Assembly (NCBI GenBank): GCA_016926395.1
Contig: JAFGOT010000014.1
Coordinates: forward strand, 24,556 to 88,555
DNA length: 64,000 nucleotides
Direction of reading: 5' to 3'
Source of the DNA: Candidatus Woesearchaeota archaeon
GTDB lineage: Archaea; Nanobdellota; Nanobdellia; Woesearchaeales; SKGA01
A program made the translations under genes and the position numbers. Shown here in pieces: positions 39,168 to 48,361 of the stretch; position 1 is the first letter of the stretch, and each line of letters starts with the position of its first letter. Below the pieces are notes generated by a model. That model worked only from the letters and a program-made list of their open reading frames with translations. It was not told the DNA's origin and did no database searches.

Positions 39168-40847
39168 TTGCCAACTAATAAAAAAACTAAAGCTGTTAAA
39201 AAATCTACAAAGAAAACCGCTAAAAAAAGTGTTAGCAAAAATTCTAAATCAAAATCATTAGCTTCAAAAAGTAAAGCTAAACAAAAGACATCTAAGTTAG
39301 AAACAGAACACGTTGGAACTCAAACGCATGAAATTGATGACTATAAATACTTATCTGGCGATATACCTATTCGAATAACAATAAAAAAACACCCTCACGA
39401 ATTTGTTCCGATATATGACTTAGAAATAGCATCTATTAGTGATACAACAAAAATAATGCTTGAAAAAATAAGACAAGAATTAATCAAAAAAGTAAGTCTT
39501 GGAATTGCAGATCTTAGTGATGTTAAAAAATCAGATGTGGTTGAAGAACGATTTGAAGAATTGATTCAAATCCTAGTTGAAAAATACTTACCTGATTCCG
39601 ATCTTGAAACAACACATTTCTTAACTTCTTATCTTCGTATTAAAAGTCTAGGGCTTGGAAATTTAGAATTAATAATGGATGATCACCAACTAGAAGAAAT
39701 TGTTATTAATCAAGCAAACGAACCTGTTTGGATATTTCATAAAAAATATGGTTGGCTAAAATCAACAACTTATCTAAAAGATGAAAATCAAATCAGACAT
39801 TTTGCAAGTATCATTGGAAGACGAGTAGGGCGTCAAATAACTGTTTTAACACCTCTTCTTGATGCTCACCTAAATGGTGGGGATAGGGTTAATGCAACAC
39901 TTAGTCCTGTTAGTACTGCAGGTAACACCATAACAATTAGGAAGTTTTCACGAGACCCTTGGACAATAACTAAGTTTCTAAAAGCAGGAACCATATCTGA
40001 AGAAGCGGCTGCTCTAGTGTGGTCTGCAATACAATACGAGATGAGTGCATTAATCGTAGGTGGAACCGCATCTGGGAAAACAAGTGCGCTAAACGTATTT
40101 GCAAGTTTCTTCCCACCAAACCAGAGAATAATTAGCATTGAAGATACAAGAGAAATTAGGCTTCCAAAATTTCTGCATTGGGTTCCTTTAAACACTGTGA
40201 TGTCAAACGCTGAAGGAAAAGGAGAAATAAGTATGGGTAACTTACTTGTTAACAGTTTAAGGATGCGTCCAGACCGAATACTTGTAGGTGAAGTACGTAG
40301 AAAGCAGGAAACAGAAACATTATTTGAAGCAATTCACACAGGTCACTCAGTATACGCAACATTTCACGCAAACAACGCACAAGAAGCAGTTGATCGTTTA
40401 ACAAACGCACCACTTGATGTTCCAAAGATTATGCTTCCAGCGATTTCAATTCTAGTCGTTCAATATAGGAACCGAAGAAATGGAAAACGAAGAACTTTCC
40501 AAATAGCAGAGATAACTTCAAAAGGAGATCCGAATGTGTTGATGCAATACGATGCTAAGAATGATGTATTAAACCCTGCTTCAAGAATGATTGAAACTTT
40601 ACTTAAAGGAAAATCGGCGTTCTATGATACTATAAAATCCTTTACTGGAATGGATAACAAAGAATTGATCCAAGACCATAATGAAAAAGTAAAAATTCTA
40701 AAATACTTAGTTGAGCACGATATAACTTCAGTTGATGGTGTTGGTCGAATAATGGCTGAATATTATACTGATAAAGAAAATTTAATGAGATATGTGAATA
40801 CTAATAAAGAATTCCCTATGAACGTTGCGAAAGATGAGGCCGTGTAA
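39168..40847 (+). CDS. type IV pilus/archaellum assembly ATPase (FlaI/TadA/PilB-like) with Lys-rich N-terminal tail
   Basis: Walker A GGTASGKTSALN, Asp box IISIEDTREI, His box LVGEVRRKQE...HTGHSVYATFHANN. Confidence 0.9.
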   Translation: MPTNKKTKAVKKSTKKTAKKSVSKNSKSKSLASKSKAKQKTSKLETEHVGTQTHEIDDYKYLSGDIPIRITIKKHPHEFVPIYDLEIASISDTTKIMLEKIRQELIKKVSLGIADLSDVKKSDVVEERFEELIQILVEKYLPDSDLETTHFLTSYLRIKSLGLGNLELIMDDHQLEEIVINQANEPVWIFHKKYGWLKSTTYLKDENQIRHFASIIGRRVGRQITVLTPLLDAHLNGGDRVNATLSPVSTAGNTITIRKFSRDPWTITKFLKAGTISEEAAALVWSAIQYEMSALIVGGTASGKTSALNVFASFFPPNQRIISIEDTREIRLPKFLHWVPLNTVMSNAEGKGEISMGNLLVNSLRMRPDRILVGEVRRKQETETLFEAIHTGHSVYATFHANNAQEAVDRLTNAPLDVPKIMLPAISILVVQYRNRRNGKRRTFQIAEITSKGDPNVLMQYDAKNDVLNPASRMIETLLKGKSAFYDTIKSFTGMDNKELIQDHNEKVKILKYLVEHDITSVDGVGRIMAEYYTDKENLMRYVNTNKEFPMNVAKDEAV

Positions 40848-41642
40848 ATGAGCTATAAGCAACTAGCAAAGAAATTTCCCGGACTAAAAGAAAAATTAAA
40901 ATCTGCTGGAATAGTTGATACTCCAGAAGAATACGTAAAAAAAACATTCATGACTGCTGCAATGTTTGCAGGAGGACTAACTGCTGTTGTATTAATAATA
41001 TTTCAAGCATTATGGACTTTAATAGTTCCATTTATTGTAGGTGTTCCAATATTTTTATACTTGATGAAATATGTAGATGTTAGAATAGTACAACTACAAA
41101 GACAGATAGATGAAGAAATTGTTTTTGCAGGAAGATTCTTAATTATAGAATTACATTCAGGAGTTCCAATTCACGAAGCTTTTGAAACACTTGCAGCTAA
41201 TTATGAAACAGTTGGTGTTTATTTTGGAGAAATAGTTGATAAGATGTATTTAGGAACGGCACTTGAAGAAGCAATAAATGATGTTCTCTTAAATTCGCCA
41301 TCTCCAACACTTAGAAGAATATTGTGGCAATTATTAAATTCTATGAAAACAGGAAGTGATGTTGCACCTGCACTCTCTTCTGTAATTGAACAAATTGTAA
41401 AAGAACAAGATATAGCAGTAAAAGAGTATGGTAAAAAACTCAATCCTTTGGCAATGTTTTATATGATGCTTGCTGTTATAGCGCCAAGTTTAGGAATTGT
41501 AATGCTTGTGGTTCTTGCAACATTTGTAGGTTTTAGTTTGAGCTTAACAGTTCTTTTAGCAATTGCTGGATTAATTGGATTTGTACAATTAATGTTTATG
41601 ACAATAATGAAATCATCACGACCACCCATTAGTATGGGTTAA
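40848..41642 (+). CDS. TadC/FlaJ-like pilus platform membrane protein
   Basis: Follows the ATPase by 0 nt; TM-soluble-TM layout of the T2SS-F family; homologous to 58222-59031. Confidence 0.7.
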   Translation: MSYKQLAKKFPGLKEKLKSAGIVDTPEEYVKKTFMTAAMFAGGLTAVVLIIFQALWTLIVPFIVGVPIFLYLMKYVDVRIVQLQRQIDEEIVFAGRFLIIELHSGVPIHEAFETLAANYETVGVYFGEIVDKMYLGTALEEAINDVLLNSPSPTLRRILWQLLNSMKTGSDVAPALSSVIEQIVKEQDIAVKEYGKKLNPLAMFYMMLAVIAPSLGIVMLVVLATFVGFSLSLTVLLAIAGLIGFVQLMFMTIMKSSRPPISMG

Positions 41643-41651
41643 AAATGTAAA

Positions 41652-42899
41652 ATGGGATTATTAAAAAACGCAGTGGAAAAATACAAAACGGCAAAAATTA
41701 AGTTAGATTTAGCGAGAGCTAAGAAAAAAGAATTGGAAGAAGAAAGAAGTCATCTTATCTACAACGCAAAAAAATCAATGGAGAAAAATTCTTCTAATGA
41801 AGCAAACTCGGAGAAAAAAACCGAAAAGAAAAAAACAACCACTCCGATTAAGAGCAGAGCAATAATTAGTAAATTTGATAAGAAAAAAACAGTTCAAAAA
41901 AGAAGATTCTCCAGATTTCTAGAAGATTTTCTTGAAAAAGCAGGGATAGAAAAAAAGCCAAAAGAAATAAGTAAATCAGTAATTTTTGTTTCAATAATCT
42001 TAACATTCATTTCCATAATTGCATTTATTATTTATGGATTAACTAATTTTTTGTCATCTAATGCTTATTTTGTCTTTATACCTTTAATCATAATTCTTGG
42101 TTCGGTATTTTTTTATATTGCAAGTTTGATAACTTTATTTATTTACTTTGACTTTAAAATTTATCAACGAACAGGACAGATAGAAGATGTTCTGCCTGAT
42201 TTTCTACAGCTTGCATCTGCGAACATAAGTGCGGGAATGCCAATTGATAGGGCATTGTGGTTTGCTGTAAGGCCTCGTTTTGGAGTGTTGGCAAAAGAGA
42301 TGGAAGAGATTGCAAAAGCCACATTTACCGGAAGCGAACTTGATGAAGCATTGATTAAGTTCACACAAAAATATAAATCACGATTACTAAAAGAATCAGT
42401 CAATCTAATAATCGCCGGATTAAAATCAGGAGGAGAATTAGGAGATTTACTGAATAAAATTAGTGAGAACATTCAACAAACAAAAATAATGAGAAAAGAA
42501 ATAAGTGCAAGCGTTATGACTTATGTTATTTTTATAGGGGTGGCTTCAGTTCTAGCAGCACCTTTGTTATTTGCTTTAAGCTCTCAATTATTGCATGTGG
42601 TAACTGGAATATCGGGTGACTTTGATACATCTGCAATGGAAGACATGCCTTCTGGCGTGATGCCAATATCATTTAATTTTGGATCGGGAGAAAGCGTAAA
42701 ACAATCAGATTTTAAGATATTTTCATTTACTTTAATAGTAATAACTTCTTTCTTTGCGGCTGCCATAATAGGTGTAATCCAAAAAGGTAATGCAAAATCC
42801 GCATTAACTAAGTTTCCAATGTTTCTGGTAATTTCTTTAATAATATTCTATGTTTCTAACAAATTTTTAGGAATACTGCTTGGCGGCCTCATGGGGTAG
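41652..42899 (+). CDS. second TadC/FlaJ-like membrane protein
   Basis: T2SS-F-like segment LPDFLQLASANISAGMPIDRALWFAVRPRFG; homologous to 59021-60070. Confidence 0.65.
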   Translation: MGLLKNAVEKYKTAKIKLDLARAKKKELEEERSHLIYNAKKSMEKNSSNEANSEKKTEKKKTTTPIKSRAIISKFDKKKTVQKRRFSRFLEDFLEKAGIEKKPKEISKSVIFVSIILTFISIIAFIIYGLTNFLSSNAYFVFIPLIIILGSVFFYIASLITLFIYFDFKIYQRTGQIEDVLPDFLQLASANISAGMPIDRALWFAVRPRFGVLAKEMEEIAKATFTGSELDEALIKFTQKYKSRLLKESVNLIIAGLKSGGELGDLLNKISENIQQTKIMRKEISASVMTYVIFIGVASVLAAPLLFALSSQLLHVVTGISGDFDTSAMEDMPSGVMPISFNFGSGESVKQSDFKIFSFTLIVITSFFAAAIIGVIQKGNAKSALTKFPMFLVISLIIFYVSNKFLGILLGGLMG

Positions 42900-42963
42900 A
42901 AAGCTTTAAAAAGGACTTTGAAGTCTCTGATTCTTACAAGCGTAACTATTGCGTTTGTTGTTT

Positions 42964-42994
42964 TTCATTGGCTTTTTTTTGCTGTAGTCGTATA
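42964..42994 (+). repeat. partial duplicate of tRNA-Ser 5' flank plus first ~15 nt (copy 1)
   Basis: ttcattggcttttttttgctgtagtcgtata versus ttcattggctttttttgctgcggtcgcata at 43048-43077. Confidence 0.6.
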
Positions 42995-43063
42995 CAATGA
43001 AAGTCTTAGATTTTCAAGCATGCGACCTGTCTGAAAAGATTTTTTGTTTCATTGGCTTTTTTT

Positions 43064-43145
43064 GCTGCGGTCGCATAGTCTGGTATTGCGCAGGATTGCT
43101 AATCCTGTCCTTTTAGGATCGAGTGTTCAAATCCCTCCCGCAGCG
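43064..43145 (+). tRNA. tRNA-Ser (anticodon GCT), class II with 13-nt variable arm
   Basis: Manual fold gives acceptor GCTGCGG/CCGCAGC, 3-bp D-stem GCA/TGC, anticodon stem CAGGA/TCCTG, loop TTGCTAA, variable arm TCCTTTTAGGATC, T-loop TTCAAAT, and T-stem GAGTG/CCCTC with one U-C mismatch; CC encoded after discriminator G. Confidence 0.7.
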
Positions 43146-43270
43146 CCTTTTTTCATTCTATATTGTTTTTATCATGTAGTCGGAATTTGAACACTACAAA
43201 AATCAGAGATTTTTGAGGCATTTTAACAACTCTGTTGCATTTCAAAGAAATGTAGAGTTGTAGTAAAATG

Positions 43271-43284
43271 AATCCCTCCCGCAG
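43271..43284 (+). repeat. direct repeat of tRNA-Ser 3' end (aatccctcccgcag)
   Basis: Identical 14-mer at 43130-43143 (inside the tRNA) and again 140 nt downstream; flanking bases are also similar. Confidence 0.6.
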
Positions 43285-43345
43285 TGCTCTTCTTTTCTCG
43301 ATTTTTCTATAAAGTTTTATAAATTAAATTTCATTTTCGTCATTT

Positions 43346-44380
43346 ATGGGGGACATAAAACTTTACAAGAATGGCTTACGCTATATTATTGATATACCAA
43401 AAGACGATGTTTCTCATGCTACTTTTTTCTCAAATCATTTTAGAATAAGAGATCATAAACGAGGCTTTCCTGTTACTTTTCAAAGAGAAGAAAGTTTAGA
43501 TGATATAGTTAGGTTTAATTTTAATACACGAGATTTTTTAGAAACTCTTTTTGACAAATACTCTAGTGATGATTTATTCCCTTACTTGCGATATGTCACC
43601 AAAACAACTGATGAAGCTAAAGTTTGCTTTGATGAACTTGAATCTTCGGAGCAGTTTTATGAATTTGGGTATGTTATTAGGGCTAATAGTGGTAATAATC
43701 GATGGGGTTATTATCAAGTATATGTTCCTGGACGAAGTAAGGATGATTTGAAAAAAATGTTCTTTTCAAAGTATCATAGTACTTCTAAACATAAAAACAA
43801 CCGAGCAAACGGTTTCTCACCTCTACTTAGACTTTCAACAATGAACTTTTTAGATTACATGGCAAACATGCCTCCAACTATGAAGATTTCAGAACAAAAA
43901 TATTTAATGAGCAAGATGGCAACAGGACGTCTTTCAACATCAGAAGGAAAAGATTTTGTTGATAAATTACTTAACTTAACTGTTGATAACGCAGATAAAT
44001 TATATTTACGAATGCTAAAACGATGGGCTGGGCCTATTATTTTATTTGATAATACTAACGATTTGGATAGAAATTATGATGTGGATTTTGATAACTATAA
44101 TTTAAGTGAAGACATGTTAAAATTTTTTTATCCTGTATTTAGGGATGAAAAATATCCTATTCCTGATTTAAAATTTGAAAACGGGGAATTTACGACCATG
44201 ACTCCACAAGAGGCAATGTTTAATCCTCGTGGTAAGCCTAATGAAATGGCTAGAATACTTCTAGAAAGCAAGAAACACAATGCTCCTGAGGCGAGAAAGA
44301 TGGATTTACACATTCTAAACCGTATAAAAGAGCTCCAGGCAGAGTTTGAAGATAATATGCGGGCTATGAATGAGTTTTAA
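43346..44380 (+). CDS. hypothetical protein (344 aa)
   Basis: Long ORF immediately downstream of the tRNA-Ser repeat region; no recognisable motif. Confidence 0.35.
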   Translation: MGDIKLYKNGLRYIIDIPKDDVSHATFFSNHFRIRDHKRGFPVTFQREESLDDIVRFNFNTRDFLETLFDKYSSDDLFPYLRYVTKTTDEAKVCFDELESSEQFYEFGYVIRANSGNNRWGYYQVYVPGRSKDDLKKMFFSKYHSTSKHKNNRANGFSPLLRLSTMNFLDYMANMPPTMKISEQKYLMSKMATGRLSTSEGKDFVDKLLNLTVDNADKLYLRMLKRWAGPIILFDNTNDLDRNYDVDFDNYNLSEDMLKFFYPVFRDEKYPIPDLKFENGEFTTMTPQEAMFNPRGKPNEMARILLESKKHNAPEARKMDLHILNRIKELQAEFEDNMRAMNEF

Positions 44381-44478
44381 AAGCTAACATTCGAAAGGTT
44401 TTTAAATAAAAAGCGACTTAGACTGTTTGAAATAAGTATTCTTAGATAAGAAATTTTTCTCTTAGAGGGTGAATAAAT

Positions 44479-45117
44479 TTGAACGATTCCCAGATGTTAA
44501 AAACAGGTACTACAACGGTAGGATTAGTATGTAAAGACTGCGTAGTTTTAGCAGCAGATACTCGGGCTACAGCAGGTAGCTTAATTGTAAATAATGATGT
44601 TGACAAAGTATTAGAAGTTACAAGTCATATGGCTTTAACAATGGCTGGAAATGTTTCTAGCATTCAAATGCTTGTAAAATATCTAAAAAGCGAGCTTGAA
44701 TTAAGACAAATTCAATTAGGTCGAAATTCAACAGTTAAAGAAGCAGCAACTCTTCTATCAACATGGGTTTATGGATTAATCCGACGACCAACAATGATGC
44801 CAGAAATTGCTCACTTAATTTTTGCAGGTGCAGATAAACACGGAGTACATCTATATGATATATTCCCTGATGGGTCACTTACAAAAGAAAAAGATTATGT
44901 TTCAAGTGGATCTGGAAGCGTATTTGCTTATGGCGTTCTAGAAACACATTACAAAAAAGATATGTCTCAAGATGAAGGAATTAAATTAGCAGAAAAAATA
45001 ATTGATGCAGCAATTCAAAGAGACACAGCAAGTGGTAATGGAATTAATATTTTTGTAATTAACGCTGATGGTGTTAAAAAAGTATTAACTAAAAGAGTTA
45101 ACACTCATTTTCAATAA
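44479..45117 (+). CDS. psmB: proteasome beta subunit
   Basis: Propeptide then TTTVGLVCKDCVVLAADTRAT (catalytic Thr1 context). Confidence 0.9.
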   Translation: MNDSQMLKTGTTTVGLVCKDCVVLAADTRATAGSLIVNNDVDKVLEVTSHMALTMAGNVSSIQMLVKYLKSELELRQIQLGRNSTVKEAATLLSTWVYGLIRRPTMMPEIAHLIFAGADKHGVHLYDIFPDGSLTKEKDYVSSGSGSVFAYGVLETHYKKDMSQDEGIKLAEKIIDAAIQRDTASGNGINIFVINADGVKKVLTKRVNTHFQ

Positions 45118-45299
45118 ATTAATTTATTGACTATTTTTTTTATTTTAATTTATTTTTTTACTTAATTTTTAAAGAGAATTTTTCTCAAATTATACATTAA
45201 ACGACAACAAAGTTGACTTGTAAAATAAACTATAACAAACATGGAAATTATAAACTATGACGTTGATGAAAGTGTTAGGACTTTTTAGATGTCATTTTT

Positions 45300-47210
45300 T
45301 TGATGGTTAAAAAAATGGTAGCAGAAATAATTAAAGAAATCTTAAAGATTGTACCAAAAGAAAAAATTAGTGATGCAGTATTTGAAGGCGCTAATATTGT
45401 TCTATATACTAAAGATCCTGAGTTCTTAAAAGATGATTCAGGAGTTATCCGAAATGCAGTTGGGAAAGTTAAAAAACGAATAGAATTAAGACCAGACCCT
45501 AGCATCTGTATGGAGCCAACAAGAGCAGAAAAAGAATTTGCTAAATTAATTCCTGAAGAAGCAAACTTAGGTTATGTGCACTTTGATCCACAACGTTCAG
45601 TTGTAGTAATAGAGGCAGAAAAACCAGGACTTGTGATAGGAAAACAAGGAGAAACTCTTAGAGAAATAAGAAATCAAACCCATTGGGTGGTACAGGTTCA
45701 ACGGAAACCACCTATTCGTTCACAAATAATTGAAAATATTCGAAGCGTACTATATGAAAATTCTGATTATAGAAGAAAATTCTTAAACAAAGTAGGTGAG
45801 CGAGTCTATAATGGCTGGCTAAGACAGAAAAAAGAAGAATGGGTGCGAGTAACATATTTAGGAGCTGCACGTCAGGTTGGGAGATCTGCAATCCTTCTTC
45901 AAACTCCAGAAAGTAGAGTGTTGCTTGATTGTGGAATGGATCCTTCATCAATAGATGGAGCCTATCCTATGCTTGAAGCACCTGAATTCAAAATAGATGA
46001 ACTTGATGCAATAATCATATCTCATGGACATTTAGATCATGTAGGATTCTTGCCTTATTTATTCAAATTTGGATACAAAGGTCCAGTTTATTGTACTGCA
46101 CCAACAAGAGATATAATGGCGTTAATCCAGCTTGATACTGTGAAAATTGCAGTGGGCGATGGACGAGATCCAATTTATACAAGCGAAGAAGTAAGAGAAG
46201 TTGTAAAACACACAATAGTTTTAGACTACGAAGAAGTAACTGACGTAACTCCTGATGTAAGACTAACATTTTACAACTCAGGGCACATGTTAGGTGGTGC
46301 TATGGTTCATCTTCACATCGGAAACGGACTTCACAACATGCTTTACACTGGCGATATTAAATACGTAAAAACAAGTTTATTATCTCCTGCAATAACAAAC
46401 TTTCCTCGTCTTGAAACTTTGATGGTTGAAGGAACATACGGTTCAAAAGATGCAGTGGTGCCTCCAATAAAAGAACAAGAGAAACACATAACTGATATGA
46501 TTACTAAGACTATTGAACGGAAGGGTAAAGTTTTAATCCCAACACTTGGTAGTGGTAGAGGTCAAGAAATGCTTGTTCTAACACAAAGACTGATTGCACA
46601 AAAGAAAATACCAAACATTCCAATTTACATTCATGGAATGGTGTGGGATATAACTGCTATTTATACAGCATATCCTGAATTCTTAAACCCTGCAATAAGA
46701 AATCAAATTTATCATGTAGAAAACAACCCATTCTTAGCGGAAAACGTTACTCGAGTGGGAAGTAATAAAGAGAAACAGCAAATAGTAGAAAGTGATGAAC
46801 CTTGCTTAATATTAGCAACTAGTGGAATGCTTGTTGGGGGAGCGAGTGTTGAATACTTAAAATCTCTTTGTGAACAAGAAAAAAACACTCTAATCTTCTC
46901 ATCTTACCAGGCTGAAGGAAGTTTAGGTAGAAGAATAATGATGGGTGAAAGAACTATTAGTTTTCCTAATGGAACAAACGCTCCAGACGTTTACCATATA
47001 AAAATGGAAGTCTCTAAATTTGACATTTCAGGACATGCAGATAGAAAAGAACTTATGAGTTTTATTTCTCATTGTAATCCAAAACCAAAAAAGGTCATAA
47101 TTAATCACGGAGAAAGATCTCGTCTAATAGATTTGGCAAGTAGTGTACATAAAAGTTTTAGGGTGGAAACTGTAGTTCCTCAAAACTTAGATGCAGTTAG
47201 AATTAGATAA
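45300..47210 (+). CDS. aCPSF1/FttA: KH-domain beta-CASP metallo-beta-lactamase ribonuclease
   Basis: N-terminal KH region; IISHGHLDHVG (HxHxDH) and beta-CASP motifs. Confidence 0.9.
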   Translation: MMVKKMVAEIIKEILKIVPKEKISDAVFEGANIVLYTKDPEFLKDDSGVIRNAVGKVKKRIELRPDPSICMEPTRAEKEFAKLIPEEANLGYVHFDPQRSVVVIEAEKPGLVIGKQGETLREIRNQTHWVVQVQRKPPIRSQIIENIRSVLYENSDYRRKFLNKVGERVYNGWLRQKKEEWVRVTYLGAARQVGRSAILLQTPESRVLLDCGMDPSSIDGAYPMLEAPEFKIDELDAIIISHGHLDHVGFLPYLFKFGYKGPVYCTAPTRDIMALIQLDTVKIAVGDGRDPIYTSEEVREVVKHTIVLDYEEVTDVTPDVRLTFYNSGHMLGGAMVHLHIGNGLHNMLYTGDIKYVKTSLLSPAITNFPRLETLMVEGTYGSKDAVVPPIKEQEKHITDMITKTIERKGKVLIPTLGSGRGQEMLVLTQRLIAQKKIPNIPIYIHGMVWDITAIYTAYPEFLNPAIRNQIYHVENNPFLAENVTRVGSNKEKQQIVESDEPCLILATSGMLVGGASVEYLKSLCEQEKNTLIFSSYQAEGSLGRRIMMGERTISFPNGTNAPDVYHIKMEVSKFDISGHADRKELMSFISHCNPKPKKVIINHGERSRLIDLASSVHKSFRVETVVPQNLDAVRIR

Positions 47211-47314
47211 TTAATTCTCACATCTACTTTTGGCCAAATAACTTCCTTTTATAGATGAAATGACATTTCTTTCTCGGAAAGGTTTATATATGCTAATTTA
47301 TAGGTTTAAAGATA

Positions 47315-47848
47315 ATGGCTGATGATTGGAAGAAATGGAAGGAAAGTTCCTATTCTAAGAAAGAGGTCTTTGAATGGCCTTTAACCTTTAAATATAGAGG
47401 AGAGTTTGATTACGACGGCTTGATGAATGTCATTCGTTCTTATTATGCTAAAAATAAATTTGATAAGTTAGATGAACCTAAATTTAAATATAAAGTAGGT
47501 GGTGGCGGAAAAGCCGAAGTTGAATTTACTTTATTTAGCGAGATGAAGGCAACTGGATTTACAAAAGTAAGTCTTACTATCGATGGTCACATGTGGAATG
47601 TTGAACGTGGGAAACCTACAAATGGAAAAGTTCAACTAAAAATTCAATCAGGATTCATCCATGACTATGGAAAAGGATTTGACGAAAACAGTAAACTTCA
47701 AAGATTTATGCTACAAAAAATATACACTCCTACTGGGAAAGGAGTAGCCTATGCTGATGTTAAATCTGAAGGTAAAAAGAATGCTGAAAAGGTAGCCAAT
47801 GGGCTTTTGAATGAAATAAAAAGCTTTATAGGTGTGGAGTGTGTATAA
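47315..47848 (+). CDS. hypothetical protein
   Basis: ORF, no recognisable motif. Confidence 0.35.
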   Translation: MADDWKKWKESSYSKKEVFEWPLTFKYRGEFDYDGLMNVIRSYYAKNKFDKLDEPKFKYKVGGGGKAEVEFTLFSEMKATGFTKVSLTIDGHMWNVERGKPTNGKVQLKIQSGFIHDYGKGFDENSKLQRFMLQKIYTPTGKGVAYADVKSEGKKNAEKVANGLLNEIKSFIGVECV

Positions 47849-47860
47849 TTAGGTGTAACG

Positions 47861-48361
47861 ATGGCAGAATATTTGGCAATAACATCAGGAAAATTTTCAT
47901 ACACTGGACTTATTTCAATAACTGGCGTGTACAAATTTATAAAACAATTCATGGCAGAGCATGGATATAGTTTTAATGAGATGAATCACACTGAACAAAT
48001 TTTTGAAGATGGAAAACACATCAATCTATTTATTTTAAGTGATAATAAAGTAAATGACTATGCTGAAATCGATTGGGAGATAAGTCTTAATTTTACTAAT
48101 TGCCAAGAAGTGAGTGTTGAAATTGAAGGAAGACCAGTAAAGATGCATAAAGGAAGTGTTTCTTTATCTGTAGAATTATTCCAGAAATCTAATTATGATA
48201 AAAGCTTTGAACAAAATGCTTTTCAATATTTTATAAGAACAATTCTAGATAAATATGTAGTAAAGAATTATCTTAACCAAACAAAGGCGAGAGCAAAAAA
48301 AGACTTTGCTGTCTTTATGGACCAAGCAAAAAGTTATATTAACTTAGAAAAGTTTGTTTGA
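47861..48361 (+). CDS. hypothetical protein
   Basis: ORF of similar size immediately after 47315-47848. Confidence 0.35.
   Translation: MAEYLAITSGKFSYTGLISITGVYKFIKQFMAEHGYSFNEMNHTEQIFEDGKHINLFILSDNKVNDYAEIDWEISLNFTNCQEVSVEIEGRPVKMHKGSVSLSVELFQKSNYDKSFEQNAFQYFIRTILDKYVVKNYLNQTKARAKKDFAVFMDQAKSYINLEKFV

Noticed and set aside
43150-43290. Second tRNA or split-tRNA 3' half downstream of tRNA-Ser
   Set aside because: The 14-nt match to the tRNA 3' end is not preceded by a foldable T-arm (no TTCAAAT loop). It is treated as a repeat or att-like remnant rather than an RNA gene.
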